A DNA stretch of 64,000 nucleotides from Candidatus Omnitrophota bacterium (GTDB lineage: Bacteria; Omnitrophota; Omnitrophia; Omnitrophales; Aquincolibacteriaceae): positions 2,593-66,592 of the forward strand of contig JBDRCT010000005.1 in assembly GCA_043821445.1 (NCBI GenBank), read 5' to 3'. The position numbers and the translations under genes were made by a program. The stretch's first letter is position 1; each line of letters starts with the position of its first letter. Under the pieces are notes generated by a model. The model was not told the DNA's origin. It worked only from the letters and a program-made list of their open reading frames with translations, and made no database searches. Positions 34,931 to 44,309 of the stretch are shown here, in pieces.

Positions 34931-36077
34931 TCCTGGGGTCCTTTTCCCGAGAAAGCAGCGGCTTTTCAAGCGCCGGGTTTTCGAGAAGACTGCCATAGTG
35001 GAAAACAGCACAGAGCCCGATCCCCGACTCTGCACAGGACCGGAATTCTTTTTCAAAAACTTCCGGAGCATGCACGAGCTTGTAAACACCGACGCCCATA
35101 TACAATCGTGTGCGGTCCGAAACCTTGTCCTTGGCCACTCCGGTCCACTGTTCATATTCGGCCGGATCCGGTGAATAGTTCATGACCGTCACGAAATCCA
35201 CAAGACCGCTATTGACCCAGGACGGCCAATCCTGGAACGCTTCATGAAGCGCGCGGACGTAGGACATGCACCCTGTCGCGGAGACATGAATGTCGGAACG
35301 GATGGCCCGCGCTTTTTGAACGAGAAGCTTCAAAAGTTCCGTCACTTGAGCGCGTTTCCAGTCATTCCATGCCCGGCTCCCCTCTTTGATCTTCTTGAGG
35401 CCGGTCGAGTTCCTGAAACGCTCCATGTTGACCGGGGTATAGCCATACCGAGGATGGCTGTCCGGATAGCGGATGTAATCAAATTGAACGCCGTCCAAAA
35501 GAGGATAGGTCCGGACGATCTCTTCCACCATGGCGACGAGTTCTTTCCGGACCCGCGTATCTCCCGGCTCAAGAAAATACTGGCTGTCAATTTTGTAGTC
35601 GGCGAGCGTTCTTTTTTCCTCAGGATTTCTCGTCAGGATATCGGAGCCGTACTTTTTGAGGAGTGGAGCATCCTCATTCGCGCTGAGACTCAACATGTTG
35701 AGCCAGGCGTGCACCTCGATCCCCGCGTCATGCGCCTCTTGGATCAGAAACGCGAAGGGGTCCTCCCCAAGCGTTTTCAAAGCGGCTTCATACGGCGCAG
35801 GATCTCCGACCTTGGAAGGGAACCACGCCTGATTTGCGCGATAGATCTGCACAAAAAGGATCTTGATACGGGCTTTTTTCGCGAAATCGACAAGCTTCAT
35901 GATGGCTTCACGGTTTGAGAGCGTCGGCGGGTTCTGGATCAATGAGACAAAGAGACCCCGAGAGGGGCTTGACGCGCGAGGCGTCAAGTTGTCACATCTT
36001 ACGGGGGCCTGCCAAATAAAAAATGAACACAGAACGAAGATCGAGATCCTTTTTCTCATCGGAAGGAGTTCGCTCAT
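34917..36077 (-). CDS. Glycoside hydrolase-like 10 (GHL10/YddW-type) exported protein
   Basis: ILFVQI, DPFAFLIQEAH, IEVHAWLN, FLEPG, DGVQFDYIRYP, QDWPSW, VMNY. Confidence 0.85.
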   Translation of the reverse strand: MSELLPMRKRISIFVLCSFFIWQAPVRCDNLTPRASSPSRGLFVSLIQNPPTLSNREAIMKLVDFAKKARIKILFVQIYRANQAWFPSKVGDPAPYEAALKTLGEDPFAFLIQEAHDAGIEVHAWLNMLSLSANEDAPLLKKYGSDILTRNPEEKRTLADYKIDSQYFLEPGDTRVRKELVAMVEEIVRTYPLLDGVQFDYIRYPDSHPRYGYTPVNMERFRNSTGLKKIKEGSRAWNDWKRAQVTELLKLLVQKARAIRSDIHVSATGCMSYVRALHEAFQDWPSWVNSGLVDFVTVMNYSPDPAEYEQWTGVAKDKVSDRTRLYMGVGVYKLVHAPEVFEKEFRSCAESGIGLCAVFHYGSLLENPALEKPLLSREKDPRNEKV

Positions 36078-37475
36078 CTATCCCGTGCGGTTGATCACTT
36101 TGAAGAACGCTTTGACAACCTCGGGACGGAACTGAACACCATTCGCGCGTTCAATTTCATTGGCCGCTTCGTGGGGCGTCAGGGGTTTGCGGTAGGACCG
36201 GACCGAGGTCATGGCGTCATAGGCGTCAGCAATGGAAACGATCTGGGACGACTGGTCGATCTCTTCGCCCTTGAGGCCATCGGGATAACCCTTCCCATCC
36301 ACACGCTCATGATGCGAACGTATCACACGCAGCAGTTCCTCGTCCAGAACCGACTCAAGGATCTTTTCCCCGGTCACAGGATGCTCCCTAAGGGTCTCCA
36401 ACTCTTCGGGGGTCAGTTTTTCTTTTTTATTCAGAAGGGTCTCCCGGATCACAAGTTTTCCGATGTCATGAAGCTCGGCCACGCACCAGATAAGTTCTGC
36501 TTTTTCGGGACTCACCCCAAGCTCCAAGGCAATGCTACGCGCCAAGTTGGCCACGCGTTCCGAATGTCCCTGGGTATAGGGATCCTTGGCCTCAAGAGCC
36601 CGTACAAGCGCTTGTGTCACTTTGAAAAAATAATTTTGCAGGCGCTTCCTGGAATTAGAAAGGCTTCCGGCCATCTTGTTAAAAGAATCCGCCAATTCCC
36701 CGATCTCATCCCGGGACCGCACTTCAACCCGGTAGTCCAGATGGTCTTCAGCCAGCTGACGCGTCCCCTCCGCAAGTCTTCGCACCGACCTTGAAACGCT
36801 TCCGGCGATCAAAATTCCGAGCGCGCAACAGAACAAAACTCCCGCAAGCAACACCCATGCCGTACGTCGTTTGATCTCTTCCTGCATTTTATTGATATCG
36901 TCCGCCAGAATATCCACGCCAAGGATCGCGACGACCTTTCCGTCTTTTCCGAAGATCGGTGCGTAACCGGAGAGCGTGACACCCCATGGATCGGTCTGAA
37001 GCTGACGGTCGGCGGAGGGAGCGTTGAAACCCTCCAACATTTCCGGAAAACGGCTCGCATCATAAAGATCCCCGGGACGAGCAGCGCTTCTTTCCCTGCG
37101 GCCATTCCGTTCGGGAACTTCAGGATCCACCAAAAATCGCAATATCCCGGGAGTCTTCGTCTTCGCAAGAACATAGGTATATTGAAGCTGCCTGTTCATT
37201 TTCAGAACTTGATTAAGTTTCGCGACCACTTCACGATAGGCGGGACTCCGGACGCCGTCCCATGTTAAAGGGATCTTTTGAAGTGCTTCCGCATCAACGG
37301 CCAAGGAGGCTGTTTGGGCAATGACGATCAGGGAATTCCGGAGTTGTTCAAAATGAGAGGCGAGATTAAAGCGATAGACAAGAAAATTATTCAGCACCGT
37401 CACGGAGACCATCGCGAAGATCAACACCAGGGTCACGCGGGTCCTGAAGCTAAAGAAAAAAGCCCTGCCTTTCAT
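36078..37475 (-). CDS. HD-GYP cyclic-dinucleotide phosphodiesterase with periplasmic sensor and HAMP
   Basis: Two TM, HAMP (DEIGELADSFNKM), GHSERV, HDIGK, HHERVDGKGYP, ADAYDAMT. Confidence 0.92.
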   Translation of the reverse strand: MKGRAFFFSFRTRVTLVLIFAMVSVTVLNNFLVYRFNLASHFEQLRNSLIVIAQTASLAVDAEALQKIPLTWDGVRSPAYREVVAKLNQVLKMNRQLQYTYVLAKTKTPGILRFLVDPEVPERNGRRERSAARPGDLYDASRFPEMLEGFNAPSADRQLQTDPWGVTLSGYAPIFGKDGKVVAILGVDILADDINKMQEEIKRRTAWVLLAGVLFCCALGILIAGSVSRSVRRLAEGTRQLAEDHLDYRVEVRSRDEIGELADSFNKMAGSLSNSRKRLQNYFFKVTQALVRALEAKDPYTQGHSERVANLARSIALELGVSPEKAELIWCVAELHDIGKLVIRETLLNKKEKLTPEELETLREHPVTGEKILESVLDEELLRVIRSHHERVDGKGYPDGLKGEEIDQSSQIVSIADAYDAMTSVRSYRKPLTPHEAANEIERANGVQFRPEVVKAFFKVINRTG

Positions 37476-37590
37476 CGAAGCCTCGCTTTTAAAGAACCCG
37501 GCTTTCCCCGAGGATAGTCCCGGGCATTCCGCAGCACTTTTTTATTGATAATCGAACACGCGACCCTTGTTTTGCGATCGGGGAACGGCA

Positions 37591-38286
37591 TCATTCCCTG
37601 TCTTCACCTTTCTTGCCGATCACGTGAGCAATGTGAAGACCCATCAGCCGTGCAATGAACACCGCGAGAAAGACCTGTCCCATCACAGCTTCCATGAAGG
37701 CCAGGGTCTCGGCCACCCGGCTCGTCGGTACGATATCCCCATAACCGACGGTCGTCAGTGTCACGTAGCTGAAATAGAAAAGATTGATCGCCGTGCTATC
37801 CTGAAAAATGAACGCCCCGGGATCGAAAAAGTAAAGAATGCGATACATGACCCCCCACATGATCCCAAGAAGCAGATAAATACAGATCCCTCCTTTGATG
37901 CTGTCGTGTGTCACTTTTTTTTCGTTGAAAAGGGCCCGGAAAAGATGGCTCAGAAAGATCGCAAGAAAAACGATGTAGACGACATCCGCAAAAATGACCG
38001 CTCCGTCTGACCAACCGGGTCCGAGGTTCTTGGCAATGAGATCGAACGCGCACACTGAAAAGAAAAAGACCGATGCTGCCCAGAACCTTGCCGGACGCTC
38101 GATCATGATACGGAGGATAAAGATATTCAAAGCGGCGAAGATCAGCACAAAAAACACGGAAGCAATGCCTCCCCCTTGGTGCAGTCTCAGGAGCGGGGAG
38201 GCAAGCAAAAGCATGATGATTAAAATAAGAAGGTAATTGAACCGGTCGCGGAAGAACTGCTCGAATTTCTTTTCCAAGTTCAGCAT
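37591..38286 (-). CDS. Potassium channel family protein
   Basis: YFSYVTLTTVGYGD selectivity filter, multiple TM segments. Confidence 0.9.
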   Translation of the reverse strand: MLNLEKKFEQFFRDRFNYLLILIIMLLLASPLLRLHQGGGIASVFFVLIFAALNIFILRIMIERPARFWAASVFFFSVCAFDLIAKNLGPGWSDGAVIFADVVYIVFLAIFLSHLFRALFNEKKVTHDSIKGGICIYLLLGIMWGVMYRILYFFDPGAFIFQDSTAINLFYFSYVTLTTVGYGDIVPTSRVAETLAFMEAVMGQVFLAVFIARLMGLHIAHVIGKKGEDRE

Positions 38287-38330
38287 GGCATCCCCGCGTC
38301 ATTCATATAAAAACACATGGTCTCTCCGTT

Positions 38331-41300
38331 TTATTCTTCTTTCCGAGAAGAACCCGCGCGAGTGAGCTCGAATTTATCGAGCACCTTTTCCTGGAAAGCT
38401 TGCATGTAGAGAAAAAGCCCGGGCGTCACAAAGAGCGTTACGACCTGAGAAAAGACCAGCCCGCCGACCACGACCAATCCGAGAGGGACCCTGGAAGAAC
38501 CGTCCGCGCCATATCCGAGCGCGATCGGTAAAGCGCCCATGATTGCCGCAAGTCCCGTCATGAGGATCGGCCGGAAGCGCACAACGCTCGCGTCGTGGAT
38601 CGCGTCAAAGTTATTCTTCCCTTCAGCAAGGCCCTGGTTGGCAAAGTCCACCATCATGATACCGTTCTTGGCCACAATACCGAGCAGCATAAAGATCCCG
38701 ACATAAGCGTAAAGGGACATCTCGGAGTGGAAGATCCAAAGCGTGGCAAGGCCGCCGAGCGTCCCGACCGGGAGTGTCGTCAGGATCGTGACCGGATGCG
38801 CGTAACTTTCATAGAGAATGCCTAAGATCACATATTTGATCAGGATCGCGATAAGGATCAGAAGGCTGAGACTTGCAATGGCGTCCGAAAATTCTTCCGC
38901 TTCACCTTGCAATTTCCCGGTGACTCCGGCCGGGAGGATCTTCTCAGTGGTCTGTTCAATAAATTTTGTCGCGTCTCCGAGAGGGACCCCTTCCTTAAGG
39001 TTGAAGGAGATCGTCCCGGAATTCAATTGCGAGTCGTGCGGCACATTTTGCGGGGTCACCACCTCGGTCCATTCGAGAACAGAACTCATGGGCACCATCT
39101 TTCCCGTGGCGCTTGCCCGGACATAGACCCGGGAAAGGTCTTCCGGAACTTTCTGATACTCCTTTTCGAGTTCCACGATCACCTGGTATTGATCAATCTG
39201 GGTTTTATAAAGCGTCACTTTGCCTTGGGCATAAGCCAGCGACAAGGCGTATTCGATATCCTGCGCCGTGATCCCTAGGGTCGACGCCCGGTCCCGAAGG
39301 ATTGTGGCCTTCAAGGTCGGCAAGGTTAGTTTGACGCTGTTTTGAATGTCCACAAATCCGGGATGTGCCTGGAGCTCTTTTTCAAGTTGCATCGCGCTCC
39401 CATAAACTTGCTCCTGATCCGCGCCGCGGATCGTATAGGAATATTTGCTCCCTGAAGCGGTGCTTTCGCCGCCGGTACTGATCTGAAGAGCGGGCGTGGC
39501 TTTAAGGAACGCGAACCCTCCGGCGATCTTTGACAACTTGCCGCGGATCTCCGCCAAAGCCTTGGCCATTGGAAGGCGCTTCCCAGAAGGCTTGAGCACG
39601 ATATGGATGAACCCGGTGCTCTGGTCGGAGCCGGTCTGAAGTCCGGAAGCGGTCAGCGTCCGTTCAATGTTGGGGTCCGCCTCAAGCACCTGATTCACCT
39701 GGGCTTGATACTCACGGGCCTGCTGGGTCGAAGTCCCGAGAGGCATCAAGGTGCCCCCCATGATCGCGCCGCTATCCCCGTCCGGAAGGAATGTCTGGGG
39801 CAGCACATTGAAAAAGTAAACGGTCCCGCCCAGACAGGCCACCCACAGGATGATCGTAATGAACGGACGCAACAGGATCTTTTTGAGGAGGACGCTGTAT
39901 CCTCCGATCACTTTGTCCATGAACGGATTCATGATCCTCTGGACCCAGTTCTCTTTTTCTTTTCCCTCCACCTTGGCCTTCAACATGCGCGCGCACATCA
40001 TCGGGGTGAGCGTCAGCGACACCACGCCCGAACAAAGGATCGTCACGACCACCGTGATCGCGAATTCTCTGAAGATCCTTCCGACGACACCCCCCATGAA
40101 TACGAGCGGAATAAAAATCACGGCCAGCGAGAGCGTCATGGAAAGGATCGTAAAGCTGATCTCCTGAGCGCTCTTGATCGCGGCCGGGAACGGTTTCATG
40201 CCCTGCTCGATCAGACGCACCGTGTTTTCGAGCACCACGATCCCGTCATCTACGACGAACCCGACCGCAAGAATGATCCCCATGAGCGACAGGTTGTCCA
40301 AACTGAAATGTAGGGCCTTCATGACAAGGAACGAGGCGATGATGGAAACCGGCAACGTCATCGCGGGGATCACCGTGTCCGATAAACGCCCGAGGAAAAG
40401 AAAAATGACAAGGATGACCAGTACGAGCGCGATCAGAATCGTGTTCTTCACATCGTTGATGGATTCGATGATCGATTCGGATTTGTCGTAGTAGACGGAC
40501 AAGTGGACCGAGCCCGGGATCTCGCGCTTCAGTTCTTCGACCGTTTGCTTGATCCGCTCGGCGAGACTCACCGTGTTCGATCCCACTTGACGGAAAACAG
40601 GAAGCACGACCACGCCGGTATGCAGCTTCTCGCCCGGCTGCGTTGTCGCCATCACATTCACGACATCACTTTCGGTGCTGTTCACGCAAGTCGCGATGTC
40701 CCGTAACCGGATGGGAGCGCCGTTCCGGTAGGCCACAATTAGCAGCTCATACTCCTTGGCGTCGATCATCTGCCCCTGAGGCTGGATCGAAAAAGTCCGG
40801 GCATTTCCGTTCAAGCTCCCTCCCGGGATCGTCACGGTCCCTGTTTGAACGGCCTTGGCAATATCATTCAACCCGATCCCATAGGCGGCCAGCTTGGCGG
40901 GATCCACCTGGACGCGGATCGCGGATTGTGATCCGTAGACCTGGACTTGTGAAACCCCTTCGATCATGGAGATCCGCTGGCCGATCGTCCGGTTCGCGTA
41001 ATCATAAAGCTGGCCGGGGGTCAGGCTATCGGAAGTCACCATCAGGTACATGATCGGCGTGTCGGAGGGATTTGTTTTTGTATAAGTGGGCGGCGCCGGA
41101 AGATCCGTCGGCAGATTCGCCTGCGCTCGCGAAATGGCGGCCTGTACGTCCGGCGCCGCGAGGTCAATGCTCCGATCCAGATCGAACGTAAGCATGATCT
41201 GCGTTTGACTGTCCGTATTGGTGGAAATGATCGATTTGAGTCCCGGGATCTGCATAAACTGGCTTTCAAGGGGCGCCGCCACCGTCGAAGCCATGGTGTC

Positions 41301-41468
41301 CGGACTCGCGCCCGGATAACCCACTGTCACCGTGATCACGGGAGAATCCACTACGGGAAGATCGCTGATGGGGAGACTAAAAAATGCGGCAATACCAAAA
41401 AGCAGGACGAGCACCATGAGCAGCGTCGTCATGATCGGTTTTTTTATGAAGCCTTCCGTAAAACTCAT
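38331..41468 (-). CDS. RND efflux permease (MdtB/MdtC-like)
   Basis: GFVVDDGIVVLEN, GIVAKNGIMMVDF, RFRPILMT. Confidence 0.96.
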   Translation of the reverse strand: MSFTEGFIKKPIMTTLLMVLVLLFGIAAFFSLPISDLPVVDSPVITVTVGYPGASPDTMASTVAAPLESQFMQIPGLKSIISTNTDSQTQIMLTFDLDRSIDLAAPDVQAAISRAQANLPTDLPAPPTYTKTNPSDTPIMYLMVTSDSLTPGQLYDYANRTIGQRISMIEGVSQVQVYGSQSAIRVQVDPAKLAAYGIGLNDIAKAVQTGTVTIPGGSLNGNARTFSIQPQGQMIDAKEYELLIVAYRNGAPIRLRDIATCVNSTESDVVNVMATTQPGEKLHTGVVVLPVFRQVGSNTVSLAERIKQTVEELKREIPGSVHLSVYYDKSESIIESINDVKNTILIALVLVILVIFLFLGRLSDTVIPAMTLPVSIIASFLVMKALHFSLDNLSLMGIILAVGFVVDDGIVVLENTVRLIEQGMKPFPAAIKSAQEISFTILSMTLSLAVIFIPLVFMGGVVGRIFREFAITVVVTILCSGVVSLTLTPMMCARMLKAKVEGKEKENWVQRIMNPFMDKVIGGYSVLLKKILLRPFITIILWVACLGGTVYFFNVLPQTFLPDGDSGAIMGGTLMPLGTSTQQAREYQAQVNQVLEADPNIERTLTASGLQTGSDQSTGFIHIVLKPSGKRLPMAKALAEIRGKLSKIAGGFAFLKATPALQISTGGESTASGSKYSYTIRGADQEQVYGSAMQLEKELQAHPGFVDIQNSVKLTLPTLKATILRDRASTLGITAQDIEYALSLAYAQGKVTLYKTQIDQYQVIVELEKEYQKVPEDLSRVYVRASATGKMVPMSSVLEWTEVVTPQNVPHDSQLNSGTISFNLKEGVPLGDATKFIEQTTEKILPAGVTGKLQGEAEEFSDAIASLSLLILIAILIKYVILGILYESYAHPVTILTTLPVGTLGGLATLWIFHSEMSLYAYVGIFMLLGIVAKNGIMMVDFANQGLAEGKNNFDAIHDASVVRFRPILMTGLAAIMGALPIALGYGADGSSRVPLGLVVVGGLVFSQVVTLFVTPGLFLYMQAFQEKVLDKFELTRAGSSRKEE

Positions 41469-41481
41469 TTTTTACCTCGGT

Positions 41482-41541
41482 CAACGCGCAACGTGAATGC
41501 TCAAAACGAGTTCGTTGTGCGTTGCGCGTAGTACGTTGCGC
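41482..41541. repeat. Heptamer-repeat (CGCAACG/CGTTGCG) hairpin
   Basis: CAACGCGCAACG ... CGTTGTGCGTTGCGCGT. Confidence 0.6.
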
Positions 41542-42677
41542 TAACTTAATTTTCGTTCGGGCGTCGTGTTCGTCATTTCGCGAACTGCCACGCCGGGGCT
41601 CAATCCCATTTGCCCGCTCGTGACTACCTTTTCGCCCGCCTTGACGCCATCCTCGACCACAATGTCATTTCCCTGCCGGCTGCCGGTCTTGAGGATCCTG
41701 AGATCCGCTTTCTCTTCCGGGGTGACGACAAAGGCAAAAGTTCCTTTTTGTCCTAATTGCGCGGCCGCGTACGGGATCAACACGGCATCCTTCTGGATCC
41801 CGAGGATCAGTTTCACGTAAACAAATTGACCCGCCCATAACGCATTTTCTTTGTTGGGAACGATGGCCCTGAGAGAAATGGTCCCCGTCGTGTTGTCGAT
41901 CGCGTTCTCGATCAGTTTCAATTCTCCGACATAGGACTTCCCGTCGTCGGGGACCCGGACCTCCGCTTCCAAAACACCTGAGGCCATCGCACTGCGGATC
42001 TCACTTAACTGGCGGTCGGTCACTGTGAAATCCACGTAGAGCGTATCGATCGCCTTGACATTGGCAAGCGTAGGACCGTTATTGGCCAGCACGATATTCC
42101 CCGGGTCCACAAGCACTTTCCCCGTCACTCCATCGACGGGAGATTTAATGGAACAGTAACCTAAATTGATCTCGGCCAGGGCCATTTCGGCCTTATCGAG
42201 AGTGATCTTGGCCTCCGCCGCTTCCACATCTGTTTCGTACTTTTCAAAATCCTGCTGGGACACGAGTTCTTTACTGGCAAGCCCCCGGTTCCTCTCCAGG
42301 GTATCTTTTTTCATTTTCATATCCACTTCGTCTGCCTGAACGGTCGCCTGGGCTTTATCGAGCGCGGCTTTATATTCTGAGGGATCGATGGTAAAGAGAA
42401 GATCCCCTGCCGCGACCCTCTGTCCCTGTGTGAAATTCGCCTGCAGGATCTTGCCCGTGACTTGGGACTTGATGTCTACGTTGACAAGCGCCGCCAAATT
42501 CCCGAAAGCCTCGATATAGGAAGGGACATCCTTTTGGAAAGCCACGGCAGTTTGGACCGGCCGGGGCGGCATGGGGGGAATTTCTTTTTTCCCTGAGCAT
42601 CCATTCCCAAGGAACAAAAAAAACGCTGCGAAAAACCAACTCGCCGGGACAGGGAACTTGGAAGGAAATAATCGCAT
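41541..42677 (-). CDS. RND periplasmic adaptor (MdtA-like MFP)
   Basis: VDIKSQVTG, LLFTIDP, IKSPVDG, IDNTTGT, LWAGQFV; start set at ATG 42677. Confidence 0.93.
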   Translation of the reverse strand: MRLFPSKFPVPASWFFAAFFLFLGNGCSGKKEIPPMPPRPVQTAVAFQKDVPSYIEAFGNLAALVNVDIKSQVTGKILQANFTQGQRVAAGDLLFTIDPSEYKAALDKAQATVQADEVDMKMKKDTLERNRGLASKELVSQQDFEKYETDVEAAEAKITLDKAEMALAEINLGYCSIKSPVDGVTGKVLVDPGNIVLANNGPTLANVKAIDTLYVDFTVTDRQLSEIRSAMASGVLEAEVRVPDDGKSYVGELKLIENAIDNTTGTISLRAIVPNKENALWAGQFVYVKLILGIQKDAVLIPYAAAQLGQKGTFAFVVTPEEKADLRILKTGSRQGNDIVVEDGVKAGEKVVTSGQMGLSPGVAVREMTNTTPERKLS

Positions 42678-42705
42678 TTTTTTAATTCTCCTATCTTCTA
42701 GTAAT

Positions 42706-44187
42706 TTAGAGCTCGACCGTACCCCTCTCGGCCCGGGCGGCATCCGTTCTCTCGTTGATCGTGCCAGTCGCGTAGGCTACCTGGGCAAAGCTGGTATAAA
42801 GTTCCTTCCGTGAATTGATCACCTGGCTCCGGGCGTCCGAAAGGTCCGACTCGGCGTTTAAAACATCCAGGATGCTTTTCAGGCCCGATTTATAACCGTC
42901 CATGGAAAGATCATACGACCCCTGCGAGGCATCTAGATAAGCCTTGCTGGCCTCGAGTTTCTGGGTGGCCGTAACGAAGTTGTAATAGGCGTCCCAAACG
43001 TCCGCCGTGACGCTCAACTCCTTCTGCCGCAAATTTTCGAATTCGGCGTCCGCATCGGCTTTGGCGGCTTTGATCTTGGAAACCGTGTCAAATCCTTCAA
43101 AAAGAGGCCAATTGACGCTCACCCCGGCCGCATAGCCGTAATTGTGCTGAGTGTCATAATTCAGACCATGCCGGCCAAAATATTTGTACCAATCGTTCGA
43201 TCCCGATCCTTGAGCGTTCAAGGTCGGCCACAGATCCGACCGGGCGGCTTGGATCGCGGCGATCTTCGCTGCAAGGCTGGCGCGTTCCGCGGCAAGATCG
43301 GGACGTTTCGCCAGACCTTCTTCAATCAATTGGCCCACTTCCCGTGTCCCCACCTTGAATTCCACGTCTTTTTGCGGAAGCATGATATTGAGCGGCGTCC
43401 CTGCGGGAAAACCAAGGACCTTCGCAAGATCTCCTTCGGCCGTCTTGAGGTTCCCTTTGGCGGATTCTAATCCATATAAAGTCTTCTGATAACTCGCGGT
43501 AGCCTGAAGCACATCCACCTTTGCCTGGATCCCGGCCGAAAATCTCTCATTGGTCGCATCAAGCGCCGCCTTGGCGTCCTTGACATCCATATGGGCGGCT
43601 TCAAGCAACGCAGTCGTGCTGAAAAAATTAAAGTAAGCGGATGCCACATCGAGCAGAAGGTTCTGGAAAGTCTGATTGAATTGGAAGTTGGTCGCGAGCA
43701 ATGTCTGAAAGGCCTGTTCCACTTTAGCGCTCCGGCCTCCAAAATCAACCAGCAGGTAGGTCAATTTCATATTAGCGCCGATATCGCCTTGATTCAGACT
43801 TTGAAGGGGACGGTTGGAAACGGTATGCTGGGTATCAAAATCCTGCTCCATGTTCACCGTCGGGTACCAGGCGCTCTGTGCTTGCCCGACCCGGGCTTTG
43901 GCCGAAAGGGCTTGGTGCCATGCCTGCTTGGTCGAGGGATTGTTCTGCAAGGCGAGACTGACCAGTTCGATAAGCTTCATGGGTTTTTCGGCGCTTGGCA
44001 TTCTTCCCTCCACGGCCACGAGAACCGTTTCCGGCTTCTTGGACTGGGCATACCACTGAGGAGGCGTCCACATGGCCGAAGATTTTGCGGGAACTTCCAG
44101 GGTCCGGCAACCTGCAAAAAAAATCAGAAGCGAAGGGAGGAGCGTAAAGAGCAGAAAAGAAGCGTAGGGTCTGTTCGTTTTAAGCAT
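42706..44187 (-). CDS. TolC family outer-membrane lipoprotein
   Basis: FAGC lipobox, ALQNNP, KRPDL, VNWPLFEG. Confidence 0.9.
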   Translation of the reverse strand: MLKTNRPYASFLLFTLLPSLLIFFAGCRTLEVPAKSSAMWTPPQWYAQSKKPETVLVAVEGRMPSAEKPMKLIELVSLALQNNPSTKQAWHQALSAKARVGQAQSAWYPTVNMEQDFDTQHTVSNRPLQSLNQGDIGANMKLTYLLVDFGGRSAKVEQAFQTLLATNFQFNQTFQNLLLDVASAYFNFFSTTALLEAAHMDVKDAKAALDATNERFSAGIQAKVDVLQATASYQKTLYGLESAKGNLKTAEGDLAKVLGFPAGTPLNIMLPQKDVEFKVGTREVGQLIEEGLAKRPDLAAERASLAAKIAAIQAARSDLWPTLNAQGSGSNDWYKYFGRHGLNYDTQHNYGYAAGVSVNWPLFEGFDTVSKIKAAKADADAEFENLRQKELSVTADVWDAYYNFVTATQKLEASKAYLDASQGSYDLSMDGYKSGLKSILDVLNAESDLSDARSQVINSRKELYTSFAQVAYATGTINERTDAARAERGTVEL

Positions 44188-44232
44188 CGACAATTTAAAA
44201 ATCCCAGCCTCAGGTTACCAAATAGAAAATAT

Positions 44233-44255
44233 CTTATGAACATACTATTCATAAG
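44233..44255. promoter_or_regulatory. Palindromic operator candidate upstream of the second efflux operon
   Basis: CTTATGAA-N7-TTCATAAG. Confidence 0.55.
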
Positions 44256-44309
44256 CCTTTTAATTACAAGGGGAAAAGCACGTATTTCCCATGATGGACC
44301 CTTGGAGGC